Positions 1 through 10,479 are shown, counted from the first letter of the stretch. The stretch: 64,000 bases of DNA from an uncultured Candidatus Binatia bacterium (GCA_958296235.1 OY282457.1:4545684-4609683), one strand, 5' to 3'. A program made the numbers and translations. Notes: generated by a model from the sequence alone, not told the origin.

Positions 1-795
1 GCCGAACGCGCCCGGTTTCTGGCGGCTGAGCTGGACAAGGAAAACATCGCGCGCAAAGCCATAGAAGAAGAAATTTTGCAACAGGCGCTCGCCCTGGCGC
101 AGGCACAGCTTGAACAGGGCCTGCGCTATAGCTTTGTCCTGGCCTCTCCCGAATGGCACCCCGGGGTGATTGGCATTGTTGCGTCCCGCTTGGTTGAGCG
201 CTTTGGGCGCCCGACCGTCCTCATTGCGATTGACGGCGATATGGGCAAAGGGTCGGGGCGGAGCCCCGCAGCTTTCCACCTCTACAAAGGGATGCAGGCG
301 TGTGCCGGGCATCTGGCCGGTTACGGCGGGCATCGCCAGGCAGCCGGGCTGTCGATCCAGGCGGCTTCAATAGCCGCCTTTGCAGACCAGTTTGAGGCGA
401 CCGCGCGTCAGCGCCTGACGCCTGATGATCTTGTCCCCATTATCGAGTTTGACGCGGATGTGGATGTCGGGCTGGTCGGACCGGAACTGCTGGATGAACT
501 GCAGCGTCTGCAGCCCTGTGGGCCGGGCAATCCGGAACCGGTGTTTCGGTCCTCGCAGACTGAAGTGGTCAGTGCCCGCATCGTCGGCGATCAGTCCCAG
601 GGAAAAGCCGGCCACCTCAAGCTCGTGCTGCGCTCTGGCCAGGGTGGACGGCCTGTCGATGCTATCGGGTTCGGGATGGGCGACCGTCCGATTGTCCCCC
701 GCCAGCAGGTTGATGTGCTCTACACGCCAACGCTGAACGTCTGGAATGGGCAGGCGAGTCTCCAGCTTCGCCTGCGCGATCTGAAAGCGCACTAA
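1..795 (+). CDS. recJ: Single-stranded-DNA-specific exonuclease RecJ, C-terminal part (5' end lies outside the window)
   Basis: Open frame runs from base 1. Translation matches the RecJ C-terminal OB-fold region (GRSPAAFHLYKGMQACAGHLAGYGGHRQAAGL). Confidence 0.8.
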   Translation, partial: AERARFLAAELDKENIARKAIEEEILQQALALAQAQLEQGLRYSFVLASPEWHPGVIGIVASRLVERFGRPTVLIAIDGDMGKGSGRSPAAFHLYKGMQACAGHLAGYGGHRQAAGLSIQAASIAAFADQFEATARQRLTPDDLVPIIEFDADVDVGLVGPELLDELQRLQPCGPGNPEPVFRSSQTEVVSARIVGDQSQGKAGHLKLVLRSGQGGRPVDAIGFGMGDRPIVPRQQVDVLYTPTLNVWNGQASLQLRLRDLKAH

Positions 796-884
796 CCCTG
801 CGAAATTACACGGACATTGACGATTCAGGGGGGGTGTGGTATACCCCAGCCCACCAATCTGAATCGTGCGGGAAATAGAAAGCT

Positions 885-1076
885 GTGGAAGAGAAGGAAG
901 AAGTGCTGCTTAATAGCCGACAGGTGGCCGCGCTGCTTGAGTTGAGCCCGGATACGGTCAACGAGCTTGCCCGGAAGAACGTCCTCCCAGGTGTCAAACG
1001 GGGGAGGCAGTGGCGGTTTCGTCAGCAGGACATCACGCTTTTTAAGAAACAGCAGCAAAAGCAGGAAGCCGCCTAG
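885..1076 (+). CDS. Small helix-turn-helix DNA-binding protein, excisionase/MerR-like
   Basis: 63 aa with an HTH_17-like motif (LNSRQVAALLELSPDTVNELARKNVLPGVKRGRQWRF). GTG start. Confidence 0.5.
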   Translation: MEEKEEVLLNSRQVAALLELSPDTVNELARKNVLPGVKRGRQWRFRQQDITLFKKQQQKQEAA

Positions 1077-1096
1077 ACTTTGAGGGAGGATAGCGG

Positions 1097-1810
1097 GTGC
1101 TGGCTACACAGAATGAGGGGGATACCCGGCGCGCTCACGAGAGCAAGATTTACTCCGAGTTTTCCCATCTCTACGATAAAATATTCGCGCGCTTCTTTAC
1201 CGACCGTATCTCTGCGGTCATCCAGGGCCTCGATATTCAGCCCAACGCCAGCGTGCTCGAAGTCGGGGTTGGAACCGGCCTGTCCATGCAGGCCTACCCG
1301 GCTCATTGTGAGGTGACTGGGGTAGACCTTGCTCCCGACATGTTAGAGCGTGCCCAGCAACGGGCGGACGAGAAGCAGTGGAGCCATTTTCGCCTGCTGA
1401 CGATGGACGCCCTCAGCCTCGACTTTCCAGACAACTCTTTTGACTATGTGACCTCGTTTCACGTCATCAGTGTCGTCCCTGACCCGGTACGGATGATGCG
1501 TGAGATTCATCGGGTCTGTAAACCTGGCGGAAAAATAGCCATTATCAACCATTTCCGATCGACCAAGCCCCTTATTGGCCCCCTTGTTGGCGCCCTTGAC
1601 CCGCTCACCAGACGGCTGGGCTGGAGCGCCTCACTGCGTCTCAAACAAGCCTTTGCCGATGTGCCTATCCGTATTGAGAAGCGGTATAAAACCCACCCGA
1701 TGTCCCTGTTTACCGTGGTGTTGGCCGAAAACCTGAAAAATGGCACTGCCCCGGAAAACCGTCCGGCCAGGCAGCTTGGCGCTGACCGGAACGGTACCCA
1801 TCTCGCGTAA
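1097..1810 (+). CDS. Class I SAM-dependent methyltransferase (UbiE/PEM-like)
   Basis: SAM-binding motif LEVGVGTGL, acidic loop and methyltransferase type 11 architecture. GGGAGGA lies 8 nt upstream of the GTG start. Confidence 0.75.
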   Translation: MLATQNEGDTRRAHESKIYSEFSHLYDKIFARFFTDRISAVIQGLDIQPNASVLEVGVGTGLSMQAYPAHCEVTGVDLAPDMLERAQQRADEKQWSHFRLLTMDALSLDFPDNSFDYVTSFHVISVVPDPVRMMREIHRVCKPGGKIAIINHFRSTKPLIGPLVGALDPLTRRLGWSASLRLKQAFADVPIRIEKRYKTHPMSLFTVVLAENLKNGTAPENRPARQLGADRNGTHLA

Positions 1811-1868
1811 TTGCACCCCCCAAGCCTGTCCCTGGCTGACTGGAACACGGTTTCCCTTGACCGTGCTG

Positions 1869-2582
1869 TTAGAAATTTGCCGGTCGGCCAACCGCGGCCA
1901 AGAGCAGCTGGGGGAAATCCACTGTCATGCCGTCAACCCCGGCGTCAATGGCCGCCCGCATCATAGCGGGGTCTTTGATGCCCCACGCCCGGACTTCGAG
2001 GCCCGCGGCTTTCCAGGCCGCGACCATCTCACGCGAAAGAAATGGGGCCGGCGGACAGATTTGATCAAACCCGGCGTCCAGCACGCGCTGGGTGGTTTCC
2101 GGTTTGACATCAATCGTCAGCAGGCCGACTTTCGCCGTGGGCGCGTGGGTTTTGAGATTATGGACAATGGGAAAGAAAAATGACGAAAAGGTGACCTGAG
2201 CCAGCAGCTTCAGGTCGCGGACCATGTTGAGCACCCGGAGTTCTATGCCAGGCTGCTTGACTTCGAGCACGAGGCGCGTCCGTTTGCCGTAATGCTCCAG
2301 CGTCTCCCGGAGCAGGGGGACCCGCGCGCCGGCATAGTTCTGGCTGAACCAGGAACCCGCGTCGAGCTCTTTCACGACTGACCAGGGGGTATCGTGTACA
2401 ACTCCCGACCCATCGGTCGTCCGGCTCAGGTTTTTGTCATGAATCAGGACCAGTTGACCGTCGCTGGTGGAATGCACATCGGTCTCGATTGCGTCAACGC
2501 CGATCGACAGGGCCCGGTCAAAGCTTGCCCAGGTGTTCTCCGGCGCGAAGGCTGCCGCGCCACGATGTCCAATCACTTGCAT
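1869..2582 (-). CDS. Glycerophosphodiester phosphodiesterase
   Basis: N-terminal HRG motif (VIGHRGAAAFAPENT) and the GDPD fold signature. Confidence 0.8.
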   Translation of the reverse strand: MQVIGHRGAAAFAPENTWASFDRALSIGVDAIETDVHSTSDGQLVLIHDKNLSRTTDGSGVVHDTPWSVVKELDAGSWFSQNYAGARVPLLRETLEHYGKRTRLVLEVKQPGIELRVLNMVRDLKLLAQVTFSSFFFPIVHNLKTHAPTAKVGLLTIDVKPETTQRVLDAGFDQICPPAPFLSREMVAAWKAAGLEVRAWGIKDPAMMRAAIDAGVDGMTVDFPQLLLAAVGRPANF

Positions 2583-2623
2583 GATACAAACTGCTGCCCG
2601 GACAAATCGCCCCTGCCCGCGTC

Positions 2624-3868
2624 TTAATTCAACTCCTGACTCGAATAGCCCAAAATACGCCGGGCAATAATGAGCAGGTTGATCTGCTGGGTGCCCTCAT
2701 AAATATCGCTGATCTTGGCGTCCCGCATCCATTTTTCGAGTAAGATTTTGCGCGAATAGCCCAGCGGGCCAAGCAGTTCGACCGCCTTCTGCGTGACCTG
2801 GGTCACCATACTGCCGGCTTTGGCTTTGGCCATAGAGGCTTCGAGATTATTCTGGATGCCCTGATCGAGCATCCAGGCCGCCCGCCACGTCAACAGCCGC
2901 GCCGCCTGGAGATTGGCTTCCATCTCCATAAAGTCCCGCTCAAGCGTGGTCAGCTTTGTCGGCGGAGTCGTGTACCGAATGCTGATCCCTTCTGCCGCAA
3001 GCGTCTCGCGGACATAATCCACCGCGGCCCGCGCCACCCCAATCGCGCTGGCCGCAACCAGTGGCCGGGTGGCGTCAAACGTGGCCATGACCCCCTTGAA
3101 CCCTGCGGTCGATTGTTTGACTTCGGCCTGGCCGAGAATATTATCGAGCGGAATCCGACAGTCTTCAAAGACGAGCATCGCCGTGTCTGAGGCGCGGATA
3201 CCCATTTTGTCTTCCACCTTGGCGACCGTCATGCCGGGGGTGTGGTGATTGACCACAAAGGCCTTGATCCCGGCGCGCCCGGCCGATTTGTCCAGGGTGG
3301 CCCAGACGACCACAAAACCCTCCGATTTTTCGGCAGCCATGAGCCCGCTGGTGCAGAATATCTTGGTGCCGTTGATGACCCATTGGTCCCCATCCCGCAC
3401 CGCGGTTGTGGTAAGAGCGGCTGAGTCCGAACCACAGCCCGGCTCCGTAATCGCCATTGCTCCCCATTTTGGCTCCCCGTCACGGAAGCGAGACAGAAAG
3501 CGCTCTTTCTGCTCCGGCGTACCGGCCGCGGCGACCGCGGCGCCGCCGAGGGCCGGATGGGGAATGCTGAGGTACAGACCGACGTCACCCCACGATAGTT
3601 CTTCAATCAGGACCGCCGAACGGATAGTGCGTTCCGAGGGGTGTCGTTCGGTCGCCTCCGCCTTCCGGTCGGCTCCCTTCTTTTGCTTGCCCTCCCCGAA
3701 GCTGACCATGTCTTTGGAGGCTTCCCACATCATGTTCAGCCATTCCGTCGGCTTTTCATGCTCGCGCTCGTCGTACTCGCGCGAGATCGGGCGCATGGTC
3801 CCGTCTGCAACGGCGTGAAGCAGGGCGCGGTTCTTTTCAACTGCCGGGGAAAGGGAGAAGTCAATCAT
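2624..3868 (-). CDS. Acyl-CoA dehydrogenase
   Basis: ACAD N/M/C domain motifs. Start trimmed to an ATG at 3868 with GGAGG upstream. Confidence 0.85.
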   Translation of the reverse strand: MIDFSLSPAVEKNRALLHAVADGTMRPISREYDEREHEKPTEWLNMMWEASKDMVSFGEGKQKKGADRKAEATERHPSERTIRSAVLIEELSWGDVGLYLSIPHPALGGAAVAAAGTPEQKERFLSRFRDGEPKWGAMAITEPGCGSDSAALTTTAVRDGDQWVINGTKIFCTSGLMAAEKSEGFVVVWATLDKSAGRAGIKAFVVNHHTPGMTVAKVEDKMGIRASDTAMLVFEDCRIPLDNILGQAEVKQSTAGFKGVMATFDATRPLVAASAIGVARAAVDYVRETLAAEGISIRYTTPPTKLTTLERDFMEMEANLQAARLLTWRAAWMLDQGIQNNLEASMAKAKAGSMVTQVTQKAVELLGPLGYSRKILLEKWMRDAKISDIYEGTQQINLLIIARRILGYSSQELN

Positions 3869-3894
3869 GGTCTGCCTCCGATAGGTTTGGGTCG

Positions 3895-4977
3895 TTAGAT
3901 TATGGCCAAGCCCTCGAACGTCGCAAATCCGCGCCCGTTCCGGAGCCACAGCTCAACCGGATGGTCCCGAATATAGCCATGTCCGCCCAGGGTCTGGACA
4001 GCATTATCCGTCACTGTGAGGACCATATTCGCTGCGTAATTCTTGGCCAGACAGGCCTCGCGGGTCGCGTCTCCGCCAGTGTCGATTTTCCAGGCAGCCT
4101 CCCAGACGAGTAAGCGGGCGGCGTCAATTTCCGTGGCCATCTCGGCCAGCATAAAAGCGATGGCTTGTTTCTGGGCAATGGCCGTGCCAAAGGCTGTTCG
4201 CTCCTTGGCATACTCCCGCGCATATTCATAGGCGGCTCTGGCGACCCCAACGGCCAGGGCTGAGAGGGCGACCCGCGAGCGGTTCAACACGGGCTGGATA
4301 TCGCCTTGCAGTTGTGAGGAAGCCGGAACGCGACAATGGTCCAAACGCAGCTCATACGTGGCCACCGCTTTGAGGCCCATATTTTTCTCTCGTTCGCCTA
4401 TGCTCAGACCGGGTGTATCCTGAGGAAGAAGAAAGGCGGCGATACCCTTGTCTCCCCTGGCATAGACCAGGAGATGCGTTGCAGCCGCGGCAAGCGGCAC
4501 AAAACACTTGGTGCCGTTCAGCACAAACGCGCCGTGGTGTCGCTCGGCTGTTGTGGTGAGGGCATTGAGGTCAAAGTCGAAGCGAGGTTCCATCACCGCG
4601 GCGGTCCCGGCTGTGAAGTGGGGGCCGGCATAGCAACTGAGAATCTGCGCCTTTTGTTCGGGTGTCCCCAGCATTATGACCGGACAGGTCACCAGTTGGG
4701 GAGAGAGAATATGCAGGGCCAGGGCCAGGTCACCCCAAGCCAACTCTTCACAAATGAGTGAGCCCGTGACCGCGGAGGACTCGGCTCCGACACCACCGTA
4801 CGCTTCAGGAATCGTGCTTTGCACCAGACCGAGGTCCCAGGCCTGCCGGACCACGGAGGGGGGGCAGAGACCACTCTCATCCGCATCGTGGGCAAGAGGG
4901 CGGAGCTGTTCGCGGGCAAATTCCGCGACCGTGTCTCGAATCAGTTGTTGTTCGTCGTCGGGTTGAAAACCAAGCAT
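3895..4977 (-). CDS. Acyl-CoA dehydrogenase (second paralogue)
   Basis: ACAD family similarity throughout. Adjacent to the first ACAD. Confidence 0.85.
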   Translation of the reverse strand: MLGFQPDDEQQLIRDTVAEFAREQLRPLAHDADESGLCPPSVVRQAWDLGLVQSTIPEAYGGVGAESSAVTGSLICEELAWGDLALALHILSPQLVTCPVIMLGTPEQKAQILSCYAGPHFTAGTAAVMEPRFDFDLNALTTTAERHHGAFVLNGTKCFVPLAAAATHLLVYARGDKGIAAFLLPQDTPGLSIGEREKNMGLKAVATYELRLDHCRVPASSQLQGDIQPVLNRSRVALSALAVGVARAAYEYAREYAKERTAFGTAIAQKQAIAFMLAEMATEIDAARLLVWEAAWKIDTGGDATREACLAKNYAANMVLTVTDNAVQTLGGHGYIRDHPVELWLRNGRGFATFEGLAII

Positions 4978-5143
4978 CCCAGCCGTCTCCTCGCGGATTC
5001 TGTTTCTGCGTCTGAAGGACCGCCGCCGGCGTCGCTCCTCCCTCTCGGCAGTCTAGCATAAAAAGAGAGTATTGAACCTTGACTCTCATATGCTCAGGTG
5101 GAATGTTGACACATCAACACTATTCCACAAGGGAGGGAAGACT

Positions 5144-5833
5144 ATGGGCTTACCGAATGGCGTGCATCATCTGGCGATTTGTACCAAGGACATGAAAGAG
5201 CAGATTGAGTTTTTCACCCAGGTCGTCGGTATGGAACTGGTTGCGCTGTACTGGATGCACGGTGTGAAGAATACCTATCACGGCTTTGTCCGGCTGGGCG
5301 ACAGTTCATCAATTGCCTTTGTCCAGGGACCGGAGAGTGGTGAGATTCAGCCCCAAACCGGGGTCTCCCACGCGAGCTGGACTGCGGGTCTGGTAGCGCC
5401 TGGCGCCATGCAGCATATGGCCCTCAACGTAGACACGGAAGAAGAGCTGCTGACCATGCGGGACCGCGTCCGCTCGCACGGGCACTGGGTCATGGGGCCG
5501 CTGGATCATGGTTTTTGCAAGTCCATTTATTTTGCCGGGCCAGAGGGCATGATGCTCGAATTCTCGACTTCCGAGGGCGAAGCGATTGACGCCGAGTCGT
5601 GGATCGATCCCGAAGTCGTAAAGCTCAATGGCATCAGTCTGGAAGAGCTGGAAAAGTATAAAAAACCGCCGGCATTCGAGTCCCAAGGCGGCAGCGTCCA
5701 AAACCCCGAGGTGGATTTGAATAACCCCCCGATGCAGTTCCCGCCGGGCCAAGAGGTCGTCTATTCGATGTCGGACAAAGACGTAACTGAAAAATTGAGC
5801 GAGACGACACCGCCCGTCCAGCCGAATCAGTGA
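5144..5833 (+). CDS. VOC/glyoxalase-family protein
   Basis: Glyoxalase/bleomycin-resistance/dioxygenase fold motifs (HHLAICTKDMKEQIEFF). Start set at MGLPNG with AGGGAGGGAAG upstream. Confidence 0.7.
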   Translation: MGLPNGVHHLAICTKDMKEQIEFFTQVVGMELVALYWMHGVKNTYHGFVRLGDSSSIAFVQGPESGEIQPQTGVSHASWTAGLVAPGAMQHMALNVDTEEELLTMRDRVRSHGHWVMGPLDHGFCKSIYFAGPEGMMLEFSTSEGEAIDAESWIDPEVVKLNGISLEELEKYKKPPAFESQGGSVQNPEVDLNNPPMQFPPGQEVVYSMSDKDVTEKLSETTPPVQPNQ

Positions 5834-5887
5834 CGCCGCGTTTCCGGTTGGTTCGTTCACGCGCGCCGCGCGACCGCAGGAGGGGAT

Positions 5888-6568
5888 ATGGCAGCACAGC
5901 AAGAGAGCCCGCAATCACAGCTTATTGCCGTCAACGACTTTGCCTGGCAGGAATTGATGCCGGGTGTACAGGCCCGCAACCTGTGGGTTGACGAAAAAAC
6001 CAACCGGCGGGCGCTGATGACACGGCTCACTCCCGGCCTGCAAATGCCCACCCACAAGCATGTGGGTGATGAACTGGTCTATATCATCGAAGGAAGCCTG
6101 TCGGACGAGTTTGGCACGATAACCGCGGGCAATATGGGCTATCGACCCGACGGCTGTGTCCACAGCGTGTCGAGCGGCACCGGGGCAACGGCTATTGCGA
6201 TTCTCACCGGTGGTGTGGAGCCCGTGACCGAACGGGGGGAGGCCCCACCGTCCCAGGTCTTTTCGCTGAGTGCGCTGGAATGGGTTGAGGCGCGACCGGG
6301 TATCCGCCTGAAATCCGTTTGGGAAGACCCGGCCGCCGGCCGCCGGGCAGTACTCGCGCGTTTTGAGCCGGGGTCGGTGTTGCCCTTTCATCGCCATAAC
6401 GGGGATGAACTCATTTTTGTGATCGAAGGGGAAAACGAAGATGAATCCGGCCCCGTGCCGACAGGCAATATGAGCTATCGGCCCAACGGGTGCACCCACA
6501 CCGTGACGAGCAAAAACGGGGCAACGGCCCTGAATTTTGTCTGGGGCGGGGCAGAGATGATTGAGTAG
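5888..6568 (+). CDS. Tandem-cupin (bicupin) protein, ChrR-like cupin_7 domains
   Basis: Two repeats of the cupin motif (HKHVGDELVYIIEG and HRHNGDELIFVIEG). Confidence 0.6.
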   Translation: MAAQQESPQSQLIAVNDFAWQELMPGVQARNLWVDEKTNRRALMTRLTPGLQMPTHKHVGDELVYIIEGSLSDEFGTITAGNMGYRPDGCVHSVSSGTGATAIAILTGGVEPVTERGEAPPSQVFSLSALEWVEARPGIRLKSVWEDPAAGRRAVLARFEPGSVLPFHRHNGDELIFVIEGENEDESGPVPTGNMSYRPNGCTHTVTSKNGATALNFVWGGAEMIE

Positions 6569-6615
6569 GCGTCTGCGTCACAAAATTCCAACCCGAAGCC
6601 GGACTGTCCGCCGGG

Positions 6616-8151
6616 CTATGAATCGGATGTCTCACCCGTTCGCCCTAAACCCCATACCAGCGCGACCCCCAGGCCCACTCCCAGAGGGAGCAGAATAAAG
6701 GGCGAAACGCCAAAACCGGCCGGCAGATAACCCAGACACAGCGAAAGCGCCCCAACGGTAAGTGCATACGGCAACTGCGTCCGCACATGGGTGATGACCT
6801 CGACTCCACTGGCGGTAGCGGACAATATCGTCGTGTCTGAAATCGGTGAGATATGGTCGCCAAAACAGGCGCCGGCGAGGACAGCCCCGACCGTGGCCAG
6901 GACAGGCGGGCCGGCTGTCCCAGCCGCCAGGGTAACGGCCAGGGGAACAACCAGCGGAATGAGAATGGCCATTGTACTGAATGAGCTTCCCGTGGCAGAA
7001 GAGACCACCGCTGCCACCAGAAATGTCAGCGCGGGCAGACTCCACGCGGTCACGCTATTGGTGAGTAGATTGGTCAGGGCGTGAGCTGTGCCTATGGTTT
7101 CGAGCGCCTCCCCTAATCCCCAGGCCAGATACAGAATCACCAGCGCTCCAAGAATACGCCGCATGCCGTGCCAACTCGCCCGCAATGCTCCGGGGAACGT
7201 GAGAGTCTGACTGGATAAGGACAGGGCGATGGAAATAAGGAGGGCAGTGCCAGCACCCAATGCCATAGACCAATAGGCATTGGCCGCCCCTATAATCGCC
7301 AGGAGCGTGGGACTGGCTGGACCGCTCATACCTGCACTGGCTCGGCCGTCCAGATACAAACAGGCCAGGGTTACCAGCAGGAGGCTCAGAATAGGGCCTG
7401 CCGCCAACCATGCGGACCGGGCCGGCTCGGGTGTCGCGCGCTGCTCGAACGCGAGCGTTGCCGTTCGTGTTTTGTGTTCCAGACGAGCCATAGGCCCAAA
7501 GTCCCGGCCCGATAGGGCAACCGCGCCCACAAAAGCCAAAGAATAGATGCTGTAAAAACGAAACGGCAGGGTGCTCAGAAAGAAGACCAGGAGACCGCCG
7601 GCAAGGGGGACACCTTCGAGTGCATCGGCGAGCAGCCCCAACTCGTAGCCGATCCAGGTTGAGATAACGGCAAACGAAGCAACCGGAGCCGCGGTTGAAT
7701 CCACAATATACGCGAGCTTGGCGCGCGAGAGCTTGTGGCGACCGTACAGAGGCCGAAAGGTGGCGCTGACCATCAGGCAGTTAGCATAATCGTCGAAGAA
7801 GACGAACAGACCGGCCAACCAGCTGGCAGCCATAGCGCTCCGTGGGCCGCGCACGACCCGTTCGGCCTTGCGGACAAGCGCGATGGTTCCGCCGTTGTGT
7901 TCAATGACCGCGGCCATGCCGGCAACGAGGAGGGAAAACGTCGTAATAAGGATATTGTTGGGAGCAAGCGCCACGTGGAAGAGTAAACCGGCCGTCAGCG
8001 TCGTTGCGGCCAGAATGTCGAATTGGGTGGCGAGGAGCGCCCCGAACCCCAGGCCGATGCTCAGTGAGAGCCGGACCCGTTGGGTGACAATCGCCAGGCC
8101 AAGCGTGACCAGCGGCGGGAGGAGGGTGAGGGGCGAGCCATACCATTCCAT
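6616..8151 (-). CDS. Na+/H+ antiporter NhaC-family membrane transporter
   Basis: Polytopic, about 12 TM, with NhaC-like motifs. Confidence 0.7.
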   Translation of the reverse strand: MEWYGSPLTLLPPLVTLGLAIVTQRVRLSLSIGLGFGALLATQFDILAATTLTAGLLFHVALAPNNILITTFSLLVAGMAAVIEHNGGTIALVRKAERVVRGPRSAMAASWLAGLFVFFDDYANCLMVSATFRPLYGRHKLSRAKLAYIVDSTAAPVASFAVISTWIGYELGLLADALEGVPLAGGLLVFFLSTLPFRFYSIYSLAFVGAVALSGRDFGPMARLEHKTRTATLAFEQRATPEPARSAWLAAGPILSLLLVTLACLYLDGRASAGMSGPASPTLLAIIGAANAYWSMALGAGTALLISIALSLSSQTLTFPGALRASWHGMRRILGALVILYLAWGLGEALETIGTAHALTNLLTNSVTAWSLPALTFLVAAVVSSATGSSFSTMAILIPLVVPLAVTLAAGTAGPPVLATVGAVLAGACFGDHISPISDTTILSATASGVEVITHVRTQLPYALTVGALSLCLGYLPAGFGVSPFILLPLGVGLGVALVWGLGRTGETSDS

Positions 8152-8172
8152 CGGGTGCGCACCCCGGAGCGC

Positions 8173-8913
8173 TTACAAGCCCAGGCTCATGCCTCCATCA
8201 GCGATCAACATCTGGCCGGTGAGATACGCCGCCAGCGGCGAGGCCAGAAACAGCGCAATCCCGCCCATGTCCTCCGGCGTTCCCCAGCGTTTCATGGGAA
8301 TAGAGGCGAGCGAATCCTGATAGCGGCGCGGATGACCCCAGGTGACCTTGGTGATCTTGGTGGCAATCAACCCTGGGGCAATACCGTTTACCCGAATGCC
8401 ATCAACAGCCCAGGCCTCGGCCAGTGTTTTGGTCAGGGTGACGAGCGCGCCCTTACTGGCGCTATACGCAGGATTGCCCAGCACGGAGAAAAAGCTGGCT
8501 CCCGAGCCGAGCATAATGATGCTGCCCTGTGTTGTGGCCAGCATGGGGTGGAATTTGGTGCAACTGCTCATGACGCTCATGAGATTGACGTCCAGCACTT
8601 TCCTGAAGGTGGGCATCTGAAACTCAGCCCGCTTATACTCGACGATGCCCTGTGAGGCGACCAGCACATCGAGTGAGTCAAAAGGCGGTTGCAGGCCGTC
8701 CACCTGGCTGTCGCTTGACACGTCCCATTGGAAATAGTGCAGGCCGTCCAGCTCGGAGCCTTCTTCGTCCGCGTAATCTTGCGCCCCGGCACGAGTGCCG
8801 GAGACAAAAACCCGCGCGCCGTGGTCGCGAAACCGGCGCGCTATGCCGTTGCCTATCCCGCTCGACCCGCCAATGACCAGAACCGTTTTATTGCTGAAAT
8901 CGATTTCATTCAT
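8173..8913 (-). CDS. SDR-family oxidoreductase
   Basis: TGxxxGIG Rossmann motif (VIGGSSGIGNGIA), catalytic YxxxK (YSASK) and PG motif. Confidence 0.85.
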   Translation of the reverse strand: MNEIDFSNKTVLVIGGSSGIGNGIARRFRDHGARVFVSGTRAGAQDYADEEGSELDGLHYFQWDVSSDSQVDGLQPPFDSLDVLVASQGIVEYKRAEFQMPTFRKVLDVNLMSVMSSCTKFHPMLATTQGSIIMLGSGASFFSVLGNPAYSASKGALVTLTKTLAEAWAVDGIRVNGIAPGLIATKITKVTWGHPRRYQDSLASIPMKRWGTPEDMGGIALFLASPLAAYLTGQMLIADGGMSLGL

Positions 8914-9078
8914 GGCTGATTGTCCCTCTTCCGAAAGTTGTTTGCCTGTAGAGAAGCCGGCCTACTGTAGCGAGTGCCACGCGGCTGAGAAAGGGCAGAG
9001 GAGGACACGAGCGGCTTGCATCCCGACGCAAGGACAGGCATGTAAAGGGGCACGACTGACAGAAGGAGGCAAGAGACT

Positions 9079-9606
9079 ATGGCTCTACCGCAAGAGATTC
9101 GTCCGATTAACAGCGAATTGATGGATGCCATCACGCAGTCATCCGAGGCGGACTGGATTCCTAACCCGGATGACCCGGAACGGGCGTTCATGAAGGTGCT
9201 CTGGACTGGAGAAGAGAGCGGTCGCTGGATGGTGCTCTTCCGTTGGCTGAAGGGCTATGTGGCCCCTCCGCATAAACATCTGAGCGCGGCGCATACCTAT
9301 ATTCTTTCGGGTAAGCTCAAAGTCCGGGGTGGTACATTTAATGCCGGCGATTATGTCCATGAGGCCAACGGTATGGTCCACGGTGCCACCACCGCGATGG
9401 AAGACACGGAATACCTGTTCATGTGTGACGGCCCGGTCATCTTCTTTGGTAAAGACGAGTTCACGGGCTATCTCGGTTGGGAAGAGATTCGGCGTATGCA
9501 GCAAGCTCATGAAGCGTCCAAAAAGAAAGCCGCGGCGCGGAAAAGAGCATCCTCGAAAAAACGAGTGACAGCCAGAAAGCGAACCACCAAGAAGAAAGCG
9601 GCCTAG
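9079..9606 (+). CDS. Cupin-domain protein with a lysine/arginine-rich histone-H1-like C-terminal tail
   Basis: ChrR-like cupin core (HKHLSAAHTYILSGKL) followed by the tail KKKAAARKRASSKKRVTARKRTTKKKAA. Confidence 0.6.
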   Translation: MALPQEIRPINSELMDAITQSSEADWIPNPDDPERAFMKVLWTGEESGRWMVLFRWLKGYVAPPHKHLSAAHTYILSGKLKVRGGTFNAGDYVHEANGMVHGATTAMEDTEYLFMCDGPVIFFGKDEFTGYLGWEEIRRMQQAHEASKKKAAARKRASSKKRVTARKRTTKKKAA

Positions 9607-9638
9607 GCGGCCTCGCTGCTGAACGGCGTGTCGGTCAC

Positions 9639-9676
9639 CAACGCCCAGAGTTCTGATGGATGGGCTCTGGGCGTTG
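9639..9676 (+). terminator. Perfect 12-bp stem hairpin downstream of the cupin gene (possible terminator)
   Basis: CAACGCCCAGAG, 14-nt loop, CTCTGGGCGTTG, then GCTTTGGG (weak T tract). Confidence 0.35.
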
Positions 9677-9743
9677 GCTTTGGGACGGCAGGGCGCTTAC
9701 CACGCGCTCTGCCCCTCAAGCATCTCTCGGATACATTCGATAC

Positions 9744-10454
9744 ATGTCAGAAAACAAAACGACGCTACCCCGCGCAGTCCCCGCGGCCACCGTTATCGTG
9801 CTCCGGGATGCGGGGAGCGGACAAAAAGGCATCGAAGTCCTGTTATTGCGTCGGAATGCGAAAACGGCCTTTCATGGTGGAGCCTGGGTGTTCCCTGGCG
9901 GGCATATTGATCCCGAAGATCATAATCCAGATGCGCCGGACGATATGCTGGCCGCTGCCCGGCAGGCCGCGGTCCGCGAGGCCGCGGAAGAAGCCGGCCT
10001 CAGCCTCGCAACAGAGACCTTGCTTTATTTTTCACACTGGACCACACCGCTGATTCGCCCGAAGCGTTTTTCAACCTGGTTCTTCGTTGCCCAGGCCGGT
10101 GGGGATGCCGTCCAGGTCGACGGCACAGAAATCAGTGACCATGCCTGGATGCGCCCACATGAGGCGCTGGAGGCGAGGCAGGCTGGCGAGATTGAGCTGC
10201 CGCCGCCAACATTTGTTTCGCTGACGAAGCTCTCTGCTTTTAGCGCTGCCAAGGACGCGCTTGCCTATGTCAGCGGACGTGAGCCGGACACTTTTTTTCC
10301 TAAGCTTGAGAAAGTCGAGGGCGGCTATTGTTCGCTATACCACGGCGATGCCGGCTACGAATCCTCGAAGGTCGCCGCGCCGGGAAGGCGGCACCGGTTA
10401 TGGATGCTCAAAAGTGGTTGGCGCTATGAGCGTGCGCGGCAGGGTGCCGGCTGA
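9744..10454 (+). CDS. NUDIX hydrolase
   Basis: Nudix box GGAWVFPGGHIDPEDHNPDAPDDMLAAARQAAVREAAEEAGL. Start at the internal ATG (MSENKTT). Confidence 0.8.
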   Translation: MSENKTTLPRAVPAATVIVLRDAGSGQKGIEVLLLRRNAKTAFHGGAWVFPGGHIDPEDHNPDAPDDMLAAARQAAVREAAEEAGLSLATETLLYFSHWTTPLIRPKRFSTWFFVAQAGGDAVQVDGTEISDHAWMRPHEALEARQAGEIELPPPTFVSLTKLSAFSAAKDALAYVSGREPDTFFPKLEKVEGGYCSLYHGDAGYESSKVAAPGRRHRLWMLKSGWRYERARQGAG

Positions 10455-10479
10455 GATCTGTTGCATTTTTCAGGAGGCC

